A stretch of DNA of 63,733 nucleotides, the filler included, from Perkinsus chesapeaki ATCC PRA-425 (taxonomy: Eukaryota > Protista > Perkinsozoa), in NCBI GenBank assembly GCA_013115145.1. It is 9 parts of 9 records of this genome, joined end to end, with 100 filler letters (N's around TTAATTAATTAA, not from the genome) between each part and the next. Parts side by side here need not be neighbours in the genome. Positions count along the whole stretch, not along the records: positions 32,500 to 57,103 come from JAAPAO010000541.1; positions 57,204 to 61,234 come from JAAPAO010001326.1; 7 more parts are not named here. One strand, 5' to 3'. The translations under genes were made by a program, and so were the position numbers. A model generated the notes under the pieces. The model worked only from the letters and a program-made list of their open reading frames with translations. It ran no database searches and had not been told where the DNA came from. This document shows positions 49,009-60,676 of the stretch, in pieces (the first letter of the stretch is position 1; each line of letters opens with the position of its first letter).

Positions 49009-50064
49009 ATTCTGTACTCCTCTGTCTGTTACATTGCATGTAAAACGATTCGCTGTGCTGCGAGCAACTGCGAGTCTACTATTAGGCACTCCGAATCGGC
49101 AGTGGCGCTTTCTGTGGAGCGAAGTGCGCCAGTGCAGGTTGCATTGCTGCTTGCCTTGGTAATCACTACTTCGGATTGTCAGTGTGGATTTAAGAGAGTA
49201 TAGCGACTCTGCCCGCAATGTGTCCGAGTAGTAGTGCGTTGGTCCGTGTTGTGCAGCTTTCGTCTTAATGGGTATTAGTGTTAGTATAACATATGCTATG
49301 TCGAGTAACCATAATCATAGTCTAGTAATGACCATTACAAATGACAATCATTGTAATGATTATCATGATACCCTATACGCCTAGATCACGTTGAACATTA
49401 TATCAGGCACAAAAAAGTGTAACCCGAGAAAGACTATTAAATGATGCGAACAATGAAGAGAATAGGGGACCACACAAGTAGGAGTCCTACTGCAGGACTC
49501 AGGTGACGCCGTCACCTAGGGGTTCACCAAATGGGGAATATTTTCGAGGAGCCCATTCCCGTGGGAATTCCCAGGGGAATTCCCCGGGAATCGAAAACCG
49601 TTTCATGTCTTGCTTTTGCAAACTGGAAAAAAGCCTTTACGTTGAGTACATCGCACACTATGGTGGCTACCGGGTCCTTAATGCTGAGAATACTTACGTC
49701 GTATACCTATGTACACGATCTGTGCACTTATACGAGTATATTGCAGCACCTAAGCTATAGCTAGCCTAGCACAGCTCAGCCACAAGATACGTTTTCGTCA
49801 CAATAATTGTCTACTTAATTCGGGCAAGGTTTTCTAGGCGCGTGACGCAGTGTGGCGCGTGACGAACGAATTCATCCCACAAAATTGCGGCCATGATGGA
49901 AGAGGCGCGCGCGACTTGGCGTTAGGATTTTGTGAGATATCTTTGGAGCGGAAAGGAAATACAAGACTAATCTTACTCCTCTAATGTAATGTCGAATCAT
50001 ATGATGATTCCAGCTGTACATTGTATAGACGCTTATTATATTAATTTAGTTTATTATTATCAAA

Positions 50065-51159
50065 ATGGGATGCGTACAATTCGTCGCTGAAGATGAGATA
50101 GTAGTCGTTGAGCGTTTTGGTAAGTTTGATCGTCTAGCCTTACCAGGATTCCTCTGCCTACCTGTACCATGCGTATGTACATCGGCTGGTTCAGTGAGTC
50201 TTAGAGTTCGACAATTAAATGTAATAATAATAATTATCTTGGACAGAATACGTTGTACCAGGTGCATGTTGAGACTAAGACTAAGGATAACGTATTCGTT
50301 ACCTTAGTTGTAGCAGTAATGTATGAAGCATTACATGATAGAGTGTAATCATTATTATTATTATTATAATTATTAATATTATTATTAGATATGAAGCATT
50401 CTATAAGCTTACTGATCCTGGTACACAGATCAACTCGTATGTTTTTGACGTGGTTAGAGCCAGTGTACCGGTCTTGAATCTTGATGAGTTATTCGAAGAA
50501 AAGATTAAGATAGCCCATCAAGTTAAGGAACAATTAAGAAGTAATAAGGATGACTAGTGATAACTGTAATACTACTTGACAGATTCAATGGATGATTTCG
50601 GATTCCGAATTCAGGAAGCTTTAGTTGTCGACATCGAACCAGATACCAAGGTAGTAGTACACTTGAGTGTCCAAGTCATAACTTAAGATAAGGTTAAAGC
50701 AGCAATGAATGAGATTAACGCTAATAGAAGGCTTCGTATAGCATCACAGGAGAAAGCTGAAGCCGATAAGATAGTTACTGTTAAGAAGGCTGAGGCCGAA
50801 GCTGAAAGTACCTTTAACAACCTACTATGCATATCTAATCATTTATACAGGTAAATTCTTACAAGGTGAAGGTATAGCTCGTCAACGTCGTGCTATTGTT
50901 GATGGTCTTAGAGGATCTGTTAGTGAATTTAGCTCTAAAGTTGAGGGAGTTGGTCCTAAAGATGTAATAATATTATGTTAGAAGGTTGTTAATGTTGTTA
51001 TTATTATAGGTACTAGAATTGGTACTGGTTACTCAATATTTTGATACTTTAAAAGACGTTGGTACTTCATCAGAGTCATCCACTTTATTTTTACCACATA
51101 ATCCAGGCTCATTAGCTGAGCTTAGTGCCGAGCTACGTAGAGGGTTTACTGTTAGATAA
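50065..51159 (+). CDS. SPFH/band-7 protein, HIR (hypersensitive-induced response)-like
   Basis: [105 protein letters not shown]. Confidence 0.95.
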
Positions 51160-51285
51160 CAACAACAATAAGGAGAAGAATAGCAGCATGTGGTTCATAA
51201 TGTAGTGTGCATGAATGAGGTATTATTGAAAAAGCATTGAGTTAATTACCAATGGAAATCCAGTGGTAGTTTGTTGGATGTTAGG

Positions 51286-52027
51286 ATGGCATCAACGATA
51301 GATTCTAGATTAGGCTTCTTAAGAGAACGTAATAGAGCTGGATTAAGAGGATCGATGACAGAAGTAGAGACAGCATGCTGCTACTAGTAAATATATGTTA
51401 TTTAGGGAGCTTTACTTACTCCAGGTAGAAGTAGTAGTTGTGGAGCATATAATGGCATTAGTGCATTACCAACAACAGGGTCAATGTCTCATTTACAAGA
51501 ATGTTATGATAGGTAACAGTTGTACTATACTTGCCACCGATTCTACTCACTATATTAGAAAACCATTATTGTGCAAGAGTGGAGCTATGATACGGCGGCC
51601 TCCTGCAGGTTATTCATCTGTAGGTCATTCTTGTTAATAAAACGGTAATATAGCACTTTATCAATAGTCTCTTGGTAATAAACTATCACAATCCTCTTAC
51701 TTAACGCTTGGACCGATATATGATGCAAATGCTATACCAAATAGATTATGGAGGTTATAAAGCAGATACTGCTCATCGAAACATGCTGTTAATATTAGGC
51801 CACCCAGGGATTTAACACATATTAAAGAAAGGCAAATATCTCTTAGTCGAAGATTAGTGGAAAGACAAGAACGTGCATCATGTGAAGGTTGGCATTTGCT
51901 ACCACCTGCAGGAGAGTTTAAGTCAGACTATTTCAGCTCGTACTATTGTTATTATTAGAGCGTTAGGCCCATTCGACGAGTACATGAGACTTATCTTGGT
52001 GTGTTCCTTGGTGGAAAGAGAATGTAG
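51286..52027 (+). CDS. Hypothetical multi-exon protein
   Basis: ATG MASTIDSRLGFLRERNRAGL with AT-rich GT-AG introns like its neighbours; last exon VRPIRRVHETYLGVFLGGKRM*. No domain recognised. Confidence 0.35.
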
Positions 52028-52285
52028 GTAACGCAGAGTCGCGCCACTTGCTAATGTCGGCTATGGTATTGTGTGCTCATCTGTCTCCTTTTTTATTTCT
52101 CCTCAGCTATACCGATTGATCAGGTATATTGCCTAGTAAAAATATAATGGCTTCTTGCCTGCTTCATGAATAACATGTTCGTGATGATTGAATAATCTAC
52201 TTGTTTAGTTGTTGTTGAATGGTTAGGGATGAGCAGTTCGTTCTGTCGCAGTTGTATTACTTTTCCTTGTAACTGTCTAGACAAT

Positions 52286-52640
52286 ATGGCCCGTGGTCAA
52301 CAAAAAGCCGAGTCCCAGAGGAAAAATGCTTTGAAGAAGCAAAAGGATGCTCATAAGGGTGGGAAGGGAATGTGATATATATCAGGCTTAAGACCTCCCG
52401 CGTATCATGCATGCGTGAAGCTTGGATTCTGGGTCAATTGTAGGTAGTCAACTCGCTGGTCAGAAGGCCGCATTAACGATGACCTGTCCCCGTTGCATGG
52501 TAATTAGACTTATTCGTTATAATTATCCTCACTCATTTTATCAGTTGCAAATGACTAACTATAAGGTGCTACAGCAACACTTCGAAGCCAAACATCCTAA
52601 GGAGACTTGCCCTCCAGAGAGCTCCTTTGCCGCTGCATAA
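52286..52640 (+). CDS. ZNF706: ZNF706/4F5-like small C2H2 zinc-finger protein
   Basis: MARGQQKAESQRKNALKKQK..GSQLAGQKAALTMTCPRCMLQMTNYKVLQQHFEAKHPK; two introns. Confidence 0.9.
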
Positions 52641-52770
52641 GTTGTATATTAGTAATGCTAGTTATCTAGTTTCTTCCAATTAAATATTGTCAAGTTGCTT
52701 ATTATTCAAATAAATACTATCACCACCATCATTATTATTATAATCTTCGTACTAGTTATCAATCATCTAA

Positions 52771-53419
52771 ATGGTGCTTATCATAGATGGTGAAATAGTA
52801 CCTGATTCGGACCCTAGAGCAGCAGCATCAAGGAAAAGGCAACATCAGAGCAGTAAGTGACTCCTGGGTTATGGCATGATATTAAATACTTTAGACGGAT
52901 CCAACGGGGATAATTTTAGATCATCATCAGAATGGTCATCATCTAATGGTATAGGAACTGATCATACAAGTAGTACAAGTGGCAGTAGCGCCTATCAATA
53001 CAGTAGCAGAAATGAACATCAGTCAGCTAATGAACAGTAACAATACCTAACTTGGTTAATAATATACTATTATAACAGGGCCCAACAACAGGGTAGTATT
53101 AGAGGACAAGTTGAACGCTTACTTGGTATAGAAGGAAGGATTGTGACTAGTAAGAACTAAGCCATTCATAAGGACATACGGATATGTCATCTATTCAGTT
53201 CCAGCAATGCTCGGTCGTCCAAGTCTCGATGTTCCCCTTTTATATGTAATATTTACTCTCATTATCTATTTTCCTTTATTCGTATTCCTCAAGGTAATAT
53301 TAGTTGCGGTGCTAGCCTTGATGATGGGCCCTCGAGCATTAGTATTAGCTGTATTATTATGGTTTATGGCTACAGGCAATCCGGCAATCGGCGGAGCACC
53401 TGGGGCACATCATCAGTAA
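52771..53419 (+). CDS. Small membrane protein, FAM241/DUF4605-like
   Basis: N-terminus MVLIIDGEIVPDSDPR resembles MVRILANGEIVQDDDPR; C-terminal hydrophobic hairpin VILVAVLALMMGPRALVLAVLLWFMA. Confidence 0.6.
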
Positions 53420-53523
53420 TACTGTGACGAAGCCTCATTACTATCCTTTTTTCACGACGATTGAATCTTAGTCGAGTTTCAAGAAGTTGATACTAAATGT
53501 TAAAGGGTAGTAGTTGATTATGG

Positions 53524-55060
53524 ATGAACGGCAAGAGCAGCAGCAGCAGCAGTGGTAGTTATCTTAGTCGAACTGAGGATCAAATATTATCATCAATAAA
53601 GATAACTTCAAATATTGCTACTGAATTATTTGATGTAATAAATGATGGTATGGGATTAATAATATCATTTCATCTCTTTCTTGTCCGCTAGGTAATCGCC
53701 TCTCTCAATAGCTCAGCCGATTCTCATGATTTTAAAGAACCAGTGAAATGGAAGGAGTTAGGGTTGGATGACTATCCAACTATAATCAAAAGGCCAAGGG
53801 ATCTTGGTAAAGCAGCAAATTAATGATTATTATATAGGAATATGTTGATAATAGGCACTGTAGAGGCACGTTTGCTCCTTACAGTTAAATCTAAGAAGTT
53901 TAAAAAGCATCCACAGGCACGCATAGCAAAGGAGTGTGGGTAATGATGGGCGCATCCAAGGTTCAACCGTGCAAGGAGCACATTAGCTTCTCTTCTCAGA
54001 CGGTATAACAGTGTCTTAGAGTTCTTCAACGATATTGAACAAATTTGGCAGAACTGTATAACGTGATAAATCCTAAACCAATACACTCGATAGAGATATC
54101 ATCAGGTATAATGATGTTAGCAGTGAAATTGCTCACAGTGCTTTGCGAATGCGTGCTATGGGTCGCACTAGAAAGAATACGTGGATTCAAAAGATGGCAC
54201 CGGAATTGGTTAAAGATGGCGATAGCTCATCAGTAGCTGTTAAGACCACTGTAACGCCGTCGACTTCATCAGAAGAGATCGAGCTTGGAAATGGCGAGAA
54301 ACGGAAAAGGAGTCATGAGAAGGGAAAAATTAAAGGGAAGGATGGTATGGACGGGAAAAGTGATTTCACACAGTATATGGAAATATTTAGGGAATGATGA
54401 TAAAAGGAAAAAGAAGAGTAAAACAGGAGGAGGTAAAAGTAGGAAAACACAGAGTAACAACAACACCGACAATCGATTGTTTTCTGATGAAGATGACGGG
54501 AAAAACAAGAATAAAAAAGGGAATATGGTAAGACGAAGATTTATTGGAGAGATGAGTTTGATAGCTTAGAATTCAACTGATGCTCTTTCGTCGAATAGCG
54601 ATGATACCATCATAAAGGGGAGGAAAGGTTAGTGGTGATGATGTAATAGAGTTGTACACTATGCTTGGACGATTAGATTGGACGATATCCCCAAAAGATG
54701 ATGAAATAGAACATCTTGGACGAAGAATAAGTAAACTACATGATCATCATCTTACCGAAGTTGTTAAGTTTATGTATCTAACTGGGATAGATGAAGTTAT
54801 TAAAATTAAAGGAGCAGAAGTAATTATCAAATACACCTACAATATCCCATTATTGAATGATTATTGTTACTAGGATGAGAAGTCTTCCATAATACTTAAT
54901 TTGGATGCTTTATCACCACATTTGTTTTGGGCTTTGGATACGTACGACACCCCCACCGGCTATGCGACCATTACGCATTGTCATGTTTCAGGATGGTTTC
55001 AGCACAACTGTCTCGACAAGCAAGATCGAAGACCTTAAAGCTCCTGCGGGAAAGGGATGA
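53524..55060 (+). CDS. Bromodomain + ET-domain (BET/GTE-like) protein
   Basis: DFKEPVKWKELGLDDYPTIIKRPRDLG..YNSVLEFFNDIEQIWQNCITYN; lysine-rich linker; ET-like EIEHLGRRISKL..LTEVVKF..IILNLDALSP. Confidence 0.85.
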
Positions 55061-55304
55061 CACTCTCAGTCCTGTTTCCTGAATAACCTTCATCTTGCGT
55101 GTTTCGGCGATTCTTATAGTGGACAAGTGTATATATGTGATGGTACATATAGTAGAAGCAGCCCCACACTATTCTTACGGATAAACCGAAATTGATTACA
55201 CAAATCCAGAGTTGATTGATATACTATAGAGAAAGGAACAGAGAGTTACAGAGAATATATAGAATAGGAAGAAGCCAATAATGGCCAGTGAAGAAGAGTG
55301 ATTA

Positions 55305-56798
55305 TCAATTCCTATTATCGAACATCTGTTGAATCTCTTCGAATGTTTTCCCTTTGGTTTCGGGTACCATATACCACTCGAAAGCCGTCATTAATGCTGC
55401 AACACACGAAAAAAAGAAAAAAGCTGCTTGCATTGAAGTGGCCTCGATACTTGATTCAAGGAATAGTACGAAGAAAAAAGCAGCTGTCCAATTAGACGTA
55501 GTGGCCATTGCTGATGCTAACCCACGTGCTTCATCGGGGAAAAGCTCTGATGCTAACATCCATCTAATGGGTCCAACTCCCCATGAATATGATAATTGAT
55601 ATCCATAGGTTGCTAGAAGTGCAAGCCAGGCGAGATTATGAGCATCACCATCTCTATCAAGATAAAAGAAGATACCCATAAGAAGTTGGCTTATAGTTAT
55701 ACCGATACAACTACTTAATAAAAGCGGTCGACGGCCAAGGCGATCCAGAAGATACATTGAGGGTAACGTTGCTACAGTACTGGCAACTCTAACAGTTATA
55801 GCGAGAACTGATGAATCCTTCAGTCCAGCGTCTTGGAATATTGTATCCTGGAAGAAGGTTTGAGCATTAGTGCCAGAGAACTGTGTGAAAACATTAGTTA
55901 AAGTAACGATGGCAACCTGCCGAGGGCAACTCCATAGAATTTTGAAACGCTGCTTCAGATCAGACCAACCGCCGCTTCTCTTTCCAAGATTTTCCACAAT
56001 ATCTTCTAAAGCTTCAACCTCCTCAGCTATCTTAGGATCTTCAATGTCCTTCACACCACGTAACTTGCATAGCGTGTTCTCCGCTTGGTCTAGTCTACCA
56101 CGAGTAGCGAGCCATCTTGGTGTCTCTGGCGCGAAAAACATAGTTACTACTAACACTGCACCAGGTACCAGACAGATATATGCAACCAACCGCCAGCGAC
56201 AGAACGTTCGCGAATCTGCTAATGGATCTGAAGATCCTCCATCGGTTCGACAAACAGCTCCTAATATATATACAAGTAATATACCCAAACCCATCATAAG
56301 CTGTGTGCAGCCACCCAATAGGCCACGAAGTCTTGTTGGAGATACTTCACTTATATATACAGAACATACAAAGGAACATATACCCATAGAGAATCCAGCA
56401 ATCAATCGGGCAACAATAAGTGCACCAACATTCTTACATAATGCTATGATAAGAAACGCAATAACGTTGAGGGGTCCAGCAATCAATAAAGCAACTCTTC
56501 GACCGGTACGCTCAGCAATTGGACCACCAGAGAGGGTACCAACTAATGCCCCAAGAGTTAGAGCAGCACTGAAGAAGCTTGCTGCTGTCATTGAGGTGAA
56601 CACATAAAGATCGGACTGTGTGTCTATACCGATATGAATACTATCTGGTGTAGTAACTGTGTTTTGCATAGTATCGATTGCTGGAGCAGTGAATCCACAG
56701 CAGAGACCAACAAGAAGTGGAGCCGGTAGGACAGCTACAACCGCTAGGATAGCTTGACAGTCTGAAGAGTGTTCTGATTTACCTGACTTTTCAGACAT
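55305..56798 (-). CDS. MFS sugar porter (GLUT8/ERD6-like hexose transporter), intronless, 497 aa
   Basis: First ATG at 56798; ERTGRR, YISEVSPTRLRGLLG, PETPRWL, QFSGTN, LDRLGRRPLL, GVGPIRWMLASELFP, VPETKGKTFEEI. Confidence 0.97.
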   Translation of the reverse strand: MSEKSGKSEHSSDCQAILAVVAVLPAPLLVGLCCGFTAPAIDTMQNTVTTPDSIHIGIDTQSDLYVFTSMTAASFFSAALTLGALVGTLSGGPIAERTGRRVALLIAGPLNVIAFLIIALCKNVGALIVARLIAGFSMGICSFVCSVYISEVSPTRLRGLLGGCTQLMMGLGILLVYILGAVCRTDGGSSDPLADSRTFCRWRLVAYICLVPGAVLVVTMFFAPETPRWLATRGRLDQAENTLCKLRGVKDIEDPKIAEEVEALEDIVENLGKRSGGWSDLKQRFKILWSCPRQVAIVTLTNVFTQFSGTNAQTFFQDTIFQDAGLKDSSVLAITVRVASTVATLPSMYLLDRLGRRPLLLSSCIGITISQLLMGIFFYLDRDGDAHNLAWLALLATYGYQLSYSWGVGPIRWMLASELFPDEARGLASAMATTSNWTAAFFFVLFLESSIEATSMQAAFFFFSCVAALMTAFEWYMVPETKGKTFEEIQQMFDNRN

Positions 56799-59329
56799 CT
56801 TGATACAGGACAAGTAACTACTCGTACAAATAAAGCCGGGGCGATGTATAAAAACTAATTAATTTGGTATGTATAAACTATGCACCGTTCGCTTATTAAG
56901 AATGTTTGGCTACAATCAAAGGTAACTTTTACCACTTCCCTCACAAATTAAGAGAATCTTGATTGTCTCCTCGACGGTTTTGCAATTACCAATGTGGTAT
57001 ATTCAGCAATAGATAGAGCAACACTACCATTGCTGTTCCGTAGAACTGTAACCAACTCAAACGCGCAAAGCAATAAACCAGATACTTGTCCTTTGAGGCC
57101 TGCNNNNNNNNNNNNNNNNNNNNNNNNNNNNNNNNNNNNNNNNNNNNTTAATTAATTAANNNNNNNNNNNNNNNNNNNNNNNNNNNNNNNNNNNNNNNNN
57201 NNNAACGAAATTGATTTTACTAAGTGAGCGAACTTGAAGGCACCTCCTGGGTTTGGACGAAATTGAAAGTTCAAAGACGAAATTAAATGTCCCAAACGTG
57301 AACAAGATCTTTCTATCTCGGACCTTCAACTTCGCTTGCCGCCACGAAATCCAAGGACGAACTAGATATTGGCAAGGTGTAGTAACATATTTCCTATCAA
57401 CCTCCGCCATATTACCGTTGGATAATTCTGTTGATTCTTATTATGACTACTTCCTCTGTACCAATTACCTCCTCCTCCAGTATTGGACATTAACAGCTAC
57501 AACTACAAAAGGGGGAGGAGGAGAACTCATCATCGCGCCGAGAGACCATTCGCTGAGGAATCTCAAGAAAGAGCAAGAATGCAAGATTCCTATACAAAAA
57601 TCACGTTACTCGGGATCCTTGATCTGGGTGATTGCTCTGTATAGGATGTCGAGGTCACTTTGCCTCGTTGACCGTCTACCTTTCGCGTGACGGCGGAGCA
57701 TTGCAGCAGAAATGCGAGCATTTTCATATTTTTGTTCCAGCTGATTTACTGATCATTAAATGTATAGAATAGTTTAAATAGTAGTAGTGAATAGCAGTAA
57801 TGATTTATTGTTGATATAATAAACTTGCAATAGTACACTATAACAAACTAATAATTAATAGCATTAAATTATATAATAACAGTTCAACTCTTCAGTTATG
57901 CATCCATAATGTTATCAGTTCGGCCGTCCAGTCCTTCTATAACGCCAGCCGGTCCAGTACCAACTCTAGCTCCTCGTAAAATAGAGTATCTCACGTTGTT
58001 CTCGGCCAATGGAGCTCCGGTGGGTAGTCTTATTGACGCCCAAAGGCCCATGCCTTTACGGACAGGTAATACTGGGGGCCCTGCTGATCTCACCATATCA
58101 TATATTTCACAAAGTAATCGTTCGTCAATGTCACAACAGCTGGATAATTTATGGCGTAGCTCTTGTTCAACTTTTTCCCTGTAAAAAATTCAACATCCAG
58201 ATCTGTCTGGGGTCATGCGTATGCTGATACAAAATTTCCATTTACTGTTGAAGAGATACTACGTATTTACGTCATCGATAATATTATGATAGTTCTTAAT
58301 CTGATAGAATAATAAAATAATTGCTATCATTAATACAATAATATCGTTTGCGACCTACCACGTTCGGCTGTATTATTCTCACTGTACCTTACTTTCATTC
58401 GATGCGCAGTTCACCGGGGTAGTTATCCACTAACGAGGGAACTTCCAACTTAACCAAATACTTCAACTTAACGATTCCCGTCTAACTCGTTCTGCAATTG
58501 GTGACTCGTTGAATATGTAGTGCATCTTGAAGCTTGTGCGTGTTAGTTGCCGAAAAGAGTTGCTCATCACCAACAAACAGGCGATGGTACCGTCCCTCCC
58601 TTTCTGGCATGTTTAGCGGAGAGAGCGGTATAAGAATTGATGATCCAGAATTGGTTATGCATAAAACGTGCGTTCGATTAAAGAAGGAGTCATTGACTAG
58701 TAACAGCACGCCCGTTAGCAGGCGAAAGAGTGGCGGTGGCTCTGTGAAATTGGAGACTAGGTAGTAGTAGACGGAGGCGCTTCCTCTGAGAGACTGGGCA
58801 AGTAAAGATTAGGACTGAAGCTCCTATTAGACTTCCTTCATCTCTATACTAGACTTAAAGACTGCCAGTGGAGCCTTGTCCACTGAAGCATTGTATTTAA
58901 ACAGTGATGAAATGAAGCCGTGCGCGGCGGGGAAGAGGCGAATTTGGGAGATATTCGGTAAAATTCCTGTGATCCCAACATTACAGGGCATTGTGGATTA
59001 CACCGTGTAGGACTTCGTCGAGGAACTTTGATTGCGTAATTGGTTAAGGCGATCAGACAGAAGGTTCAGTGTCGAGACGGATCGAGTGATTTTACTACCT
59101 ACCTCTCAGAGTTAGGTGTTTTCAATTTACGAGACTATTTAGTTAGCATACCTAACAGACGCGAGCGCGTTGGGCATAAGTATAGGTTTATCAAGTATGA
59201 CTTTGTGAAATGAATCATTACTAATGATATTGTTGATTTAATTGTTGTTTGATAATTTCCTGGCGCAGTGACGCAACTGTGTGCCTCAGTAATTCGGTGC
59301 GACAAGGGAAGCATGTCGTTTGCCCAGCG

Positions 59330-60332
59330 ATGTCGATAGAGAGGAAAAACGAGGCGGTTAGTATCCTACAAGAGTCGCTACCGGGGCTGCCTGAAGGACA
59401 CGTACAAAAATCAATGTAATAAGGAGAGGATGTGCGTTTTACCAGCTTAGTAGGTTAGGGTTGTGGTTTAACTATCGGTTGGTTGTGGGTTCAATCCCTT
59501 GTCCGTGTATTTCAGTTTTTCTTCTAACAGCAGCCGGTTTGAGTGTTGGGGTATGGTCCTAGATGGCGGGGATGGAGACCTTGTCAGTGCAGCAGTGTTT
59601 GGTAATAAGGACGCTCGGGCCTGGGAGATGATATTACTTGGGGGAATCACCGACCAACTGAAGAATTGTGTTTCTGGCTGCTCGAGTACTCGGCGCTCTG
59701 AACTAAGTAGTCACACGGCACGTGTGACACGGGTCTTTCTGTAGCCGTGGGGGGGGGCCGGGAAACTGTTGGCATTTTCTTGTATGGTCTACATTAGAAG
59801 GAGCCTTCCTGAGGCGAGGAAGGTTTCGTAGAGGTTTGAACTGGAAGTCAAAGGATAATCAACTTTCGATAATTATTGTTATCACCAGTGTGCATATACT
59901 CTAGTGCTGCAGTAGACGCTCTCATTCGGAATGGATCTCTATCGCGGATCACTGAAACTCCCGCTCTAGCCTCACTGGAACCTGTCCCATGTGGGAACAT
60001 GTTCCGAGACTACCAAAAGGGAACTTCAGTTCGTTTCTTCTGCTTGGCCTAGCATTCGTTCTCCCCTTCAGCCCGCCATTATAAGTTCGGCTTTATCGAG
60101 CTGGCGTATATAGCCACCGGGGAGAGCTATCGAGGGTGCGGGTACGGTAGAGGCTTACTGCATGGATTGATGCAACAATGGGTAGCTGAAGGTAGTTATG
60201 TGCATGCGTGCAGCAGATTTATAGGAATCTTCGCAATGCTTAGGTTTCACAGAAGTTGTTAGTAGTGTGGATCAGAAGGCTGTAGGGTTTTTCCAGTCCC
60301 TTGGTTTTGAAGAAACGATACGATTGCCTAAG
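59330..60332 (+). CDS. GNAT acetyltransferase, GCN5-like catalytic module; 3' end unresolved
   Basis: AVSILQESLPGLPEGHVQKS / GFIELAYIATGESYRGCGYGRGLLHGLM (motif A RxxGxG) / VSSVDQKAVGFFQSLGF. Confidence 0.75.
59436..59512 (+). mobile_element. Degenerate full-length tRNA-like element (SINE head or tRNA pseudogene) in GNAT intron 1
   Basis: A-box-like CAGCTTAGTAGGTTAGGG (59443) and B-box GGTTCAATCCC (59488) at canonical spacing (45 nt). The D-stem pairs with wobbles; acceptor and anticodon stems do not. Confidence 0.55.
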
Positions 60333-60676
60333 TAAGTCCTTTGGGGTCCCACGGCAGAGATGCGTCTGGTTGGGCATCAAGTAGTCTCTTGAAATAGAGC
60401 TTATCCTTCATCACGCCAGAATGCCAGAAGTGCGTTCGCTCCTGCTGAGCAAGAGTTAATATATGGCATATACAATGCTGGGCTAGAACTAAGCTTTGGG
60501 GACTATGGCCAGTATGCAAGGCATATAACGTTGCTGGCAAAACTCTCAACCGTTTTGTCTAGAGGTATTCAGTCCAGAAGGGCATCATTCTCGGAGCAAA
60601 CGTTCCTACTCGTGAATAGGAGGATATATTTTTAGCGAAATAGATTTATGGAAGGATGGATTGGTTTGAGATTTAT

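Noticed and set aside
55870-56607. 245-aa plus-strand ORF (also 9335-9682 and 9597-9917)
   Set aside because: Antisense shadows of the sugar transporter and TBC coding sequences.
56799-56822. SL relic upstream of the intronless sugar transporter (..CTTGTCCTGTATCAAG ATG)
   Set aside because: Similarity is limited to TCAAG and short words, and is explained by an ordinary splice acceptor.
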